A stretch of 63,656 nucleotides of DNA, the filler included, from Atractiella rhizophila (Eukaryota), in NCBI GenBank assembly GCA_021432655.1. It is 4 parts of 4 records of this genome, joined end to end, with 100 filler letters (N's around TTAATTAATTAA, not from the genome) between each part and the next. Parts side by side here need not be neighbours in the genome. Positions count along the whole stretch, not along the records: positions 59,819 to 63,656 come from MU271923.1; 3 more parts are not named here. The stretch is one strand, 5' to 3'. The translations under genes and the position numbers were made by a program. Shown in pieces: positions 62,649 to 63,656 of this stretch. The notes beneath the pieces were generated by a model that was not told where the DNA came from, did not search any database, and was given only the letters and a program-made list of their open reading frames with translations. Position 1 is the stretch's first letter, and each line of letters begins with the position of its first letter.

Positions 62649-63656
62649 ATGTCCGTCTATGTCGTGACAGGAGCGGCACGAGGGATTGTAAGTTTTATCT
62701 GTGGTTTTTGGCGAACGCTGACCCATGCCCATCAAGGGAGCAGCCTTTGTTCAACAGTTTTCTGCGGATGCAGCCAACAGTGTCTTCGCCTTGGTTCGCA
62801 CACGGTCGACTTTCATCTACACGCCCGCTTCAAATGTCCACGTCATAGAGATAGGGGAGATTGGGGAGACAGAAGCATACACAGCTCGCCTCGAACATGT
62901 AGTCAAGGAAATCGAAACCAAGGCAGGCAGAGTGGACGTGTTGGTCAATAACGCTGCCGTGATGCACGGAAAGATGGCTAGAGAATATGTGGAGGCCGAA
63001 GGTGGTTTGAACGAGTTTATCAAGCACATGAATGAAAATTGGGACGTCAATGTTGTTGGAGCAAGTATCACCTTCATTTAACGACGCTATTTAAGTATCA
63101 CCCTCATTTAGGTGAATGTCACGATTTTCGCGCTCCTGCCTCTGCTCAAGAAGTCTGCAGACCCCAAGGTCATATCCATCGTGAGCCCTTCTTCCCCCTT
63201 CCCAAAAATTTGATCGCGATGCTCTGCGCAGTCTACCGGATTCGCCGACCTTGACGTCGTTCATAAAGCACGCCTGCCTGTTGCACTTCCCTATTCGAGT
63301 ACAAAGGCTGCTCTCAACATGTCAATCGCCAAATGGTCATACGTATACCCAGAAATCAAGTTTCTCTCCGTGTGCCCAGGATATGTTAACACTCTGAATC
63401 GACCGCGTGAGGTTAATTTACTCCAATCGTTTATTTCAACCACAAAGATTGTGATCTGGTCATATAGCTACGGAAGAAGACATCGGCAAGCACGCATATA
63501 TGATGTCGCAATTCAGGAAGATAAACCCCGAATTCAAAGGAGCAATTACTCCTGCAGAGAGCGTGACGGACATTGTGGGGTTTATAGATAATTTGACTCC
63601 CGAACAAAGCGGTGACTTTATTTCCCACTATGGAGGAAAGAATTGGCTGGGAAATT
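62649..63656 (+). CDS. Short-chain dehydrogenase/reductase (runs to the window end)
   Basis: VVTGAARGI|G, VDVLVNNAA, PYSSTKAALN (YxxxK), VCPGYVNT. Confidence 0.9.

Noticed and set aside
1..63656. CRISPR arrays, tRNA/rRNA genes, intact transposases, secondary-metabolite cluster
   Set aside because: No repeat-spacer array, tRNA/rRNA signature, RT/integrase/DDE motif or PKS/NRPS domain was recognised.

Overview
Gene-dense, intron-rich fungal (basidiomycete-like) genomic DNA from a draft assembly with four N-gaps; three are 100-bp gaps carrying a TTAATTAATTAA linker. Manual splicing identifies genes for a FRA10AC1-like protein, MOG1, IMA1, DTD1, a stand-alone PAH-domain protein, an MFS transporter (partial), Hsp110/SSE1, a histidine phosphatase, a small secreted MiAMP1/beta-gamma-crystallin-like peptide, the F-box protein HRT3/Pof7, a PATAIRE-type CDK1-like kinase, CWC2, RPS3, a linker-histone-like winged-helix protein and an SDR, plus several orphans and pseudogenes. 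The most striking observation is the apparent ORF desert at ~22.26-25.4 kb. It codes on neither strand, but its plain complement read left to right (not the reverse complement) is a spliced CAP10/GT90 glycosyltransferase gene. This is most likely an assembly or processing error hiding a real gene. The best candidate biological signal is that five unrelated genes each carry one unusually long (445-836 nt), often hairpin-rich intron among ~45-80 nt introns, several with internal splice sites that would create stop-containing or frameshifting cassette exons. Tandem near-identical copies (in Hsp110 and at 59.8-62.3 kb) look like uncollapsed alleles. All family assignments come from motif recognition by eye, not database searches.
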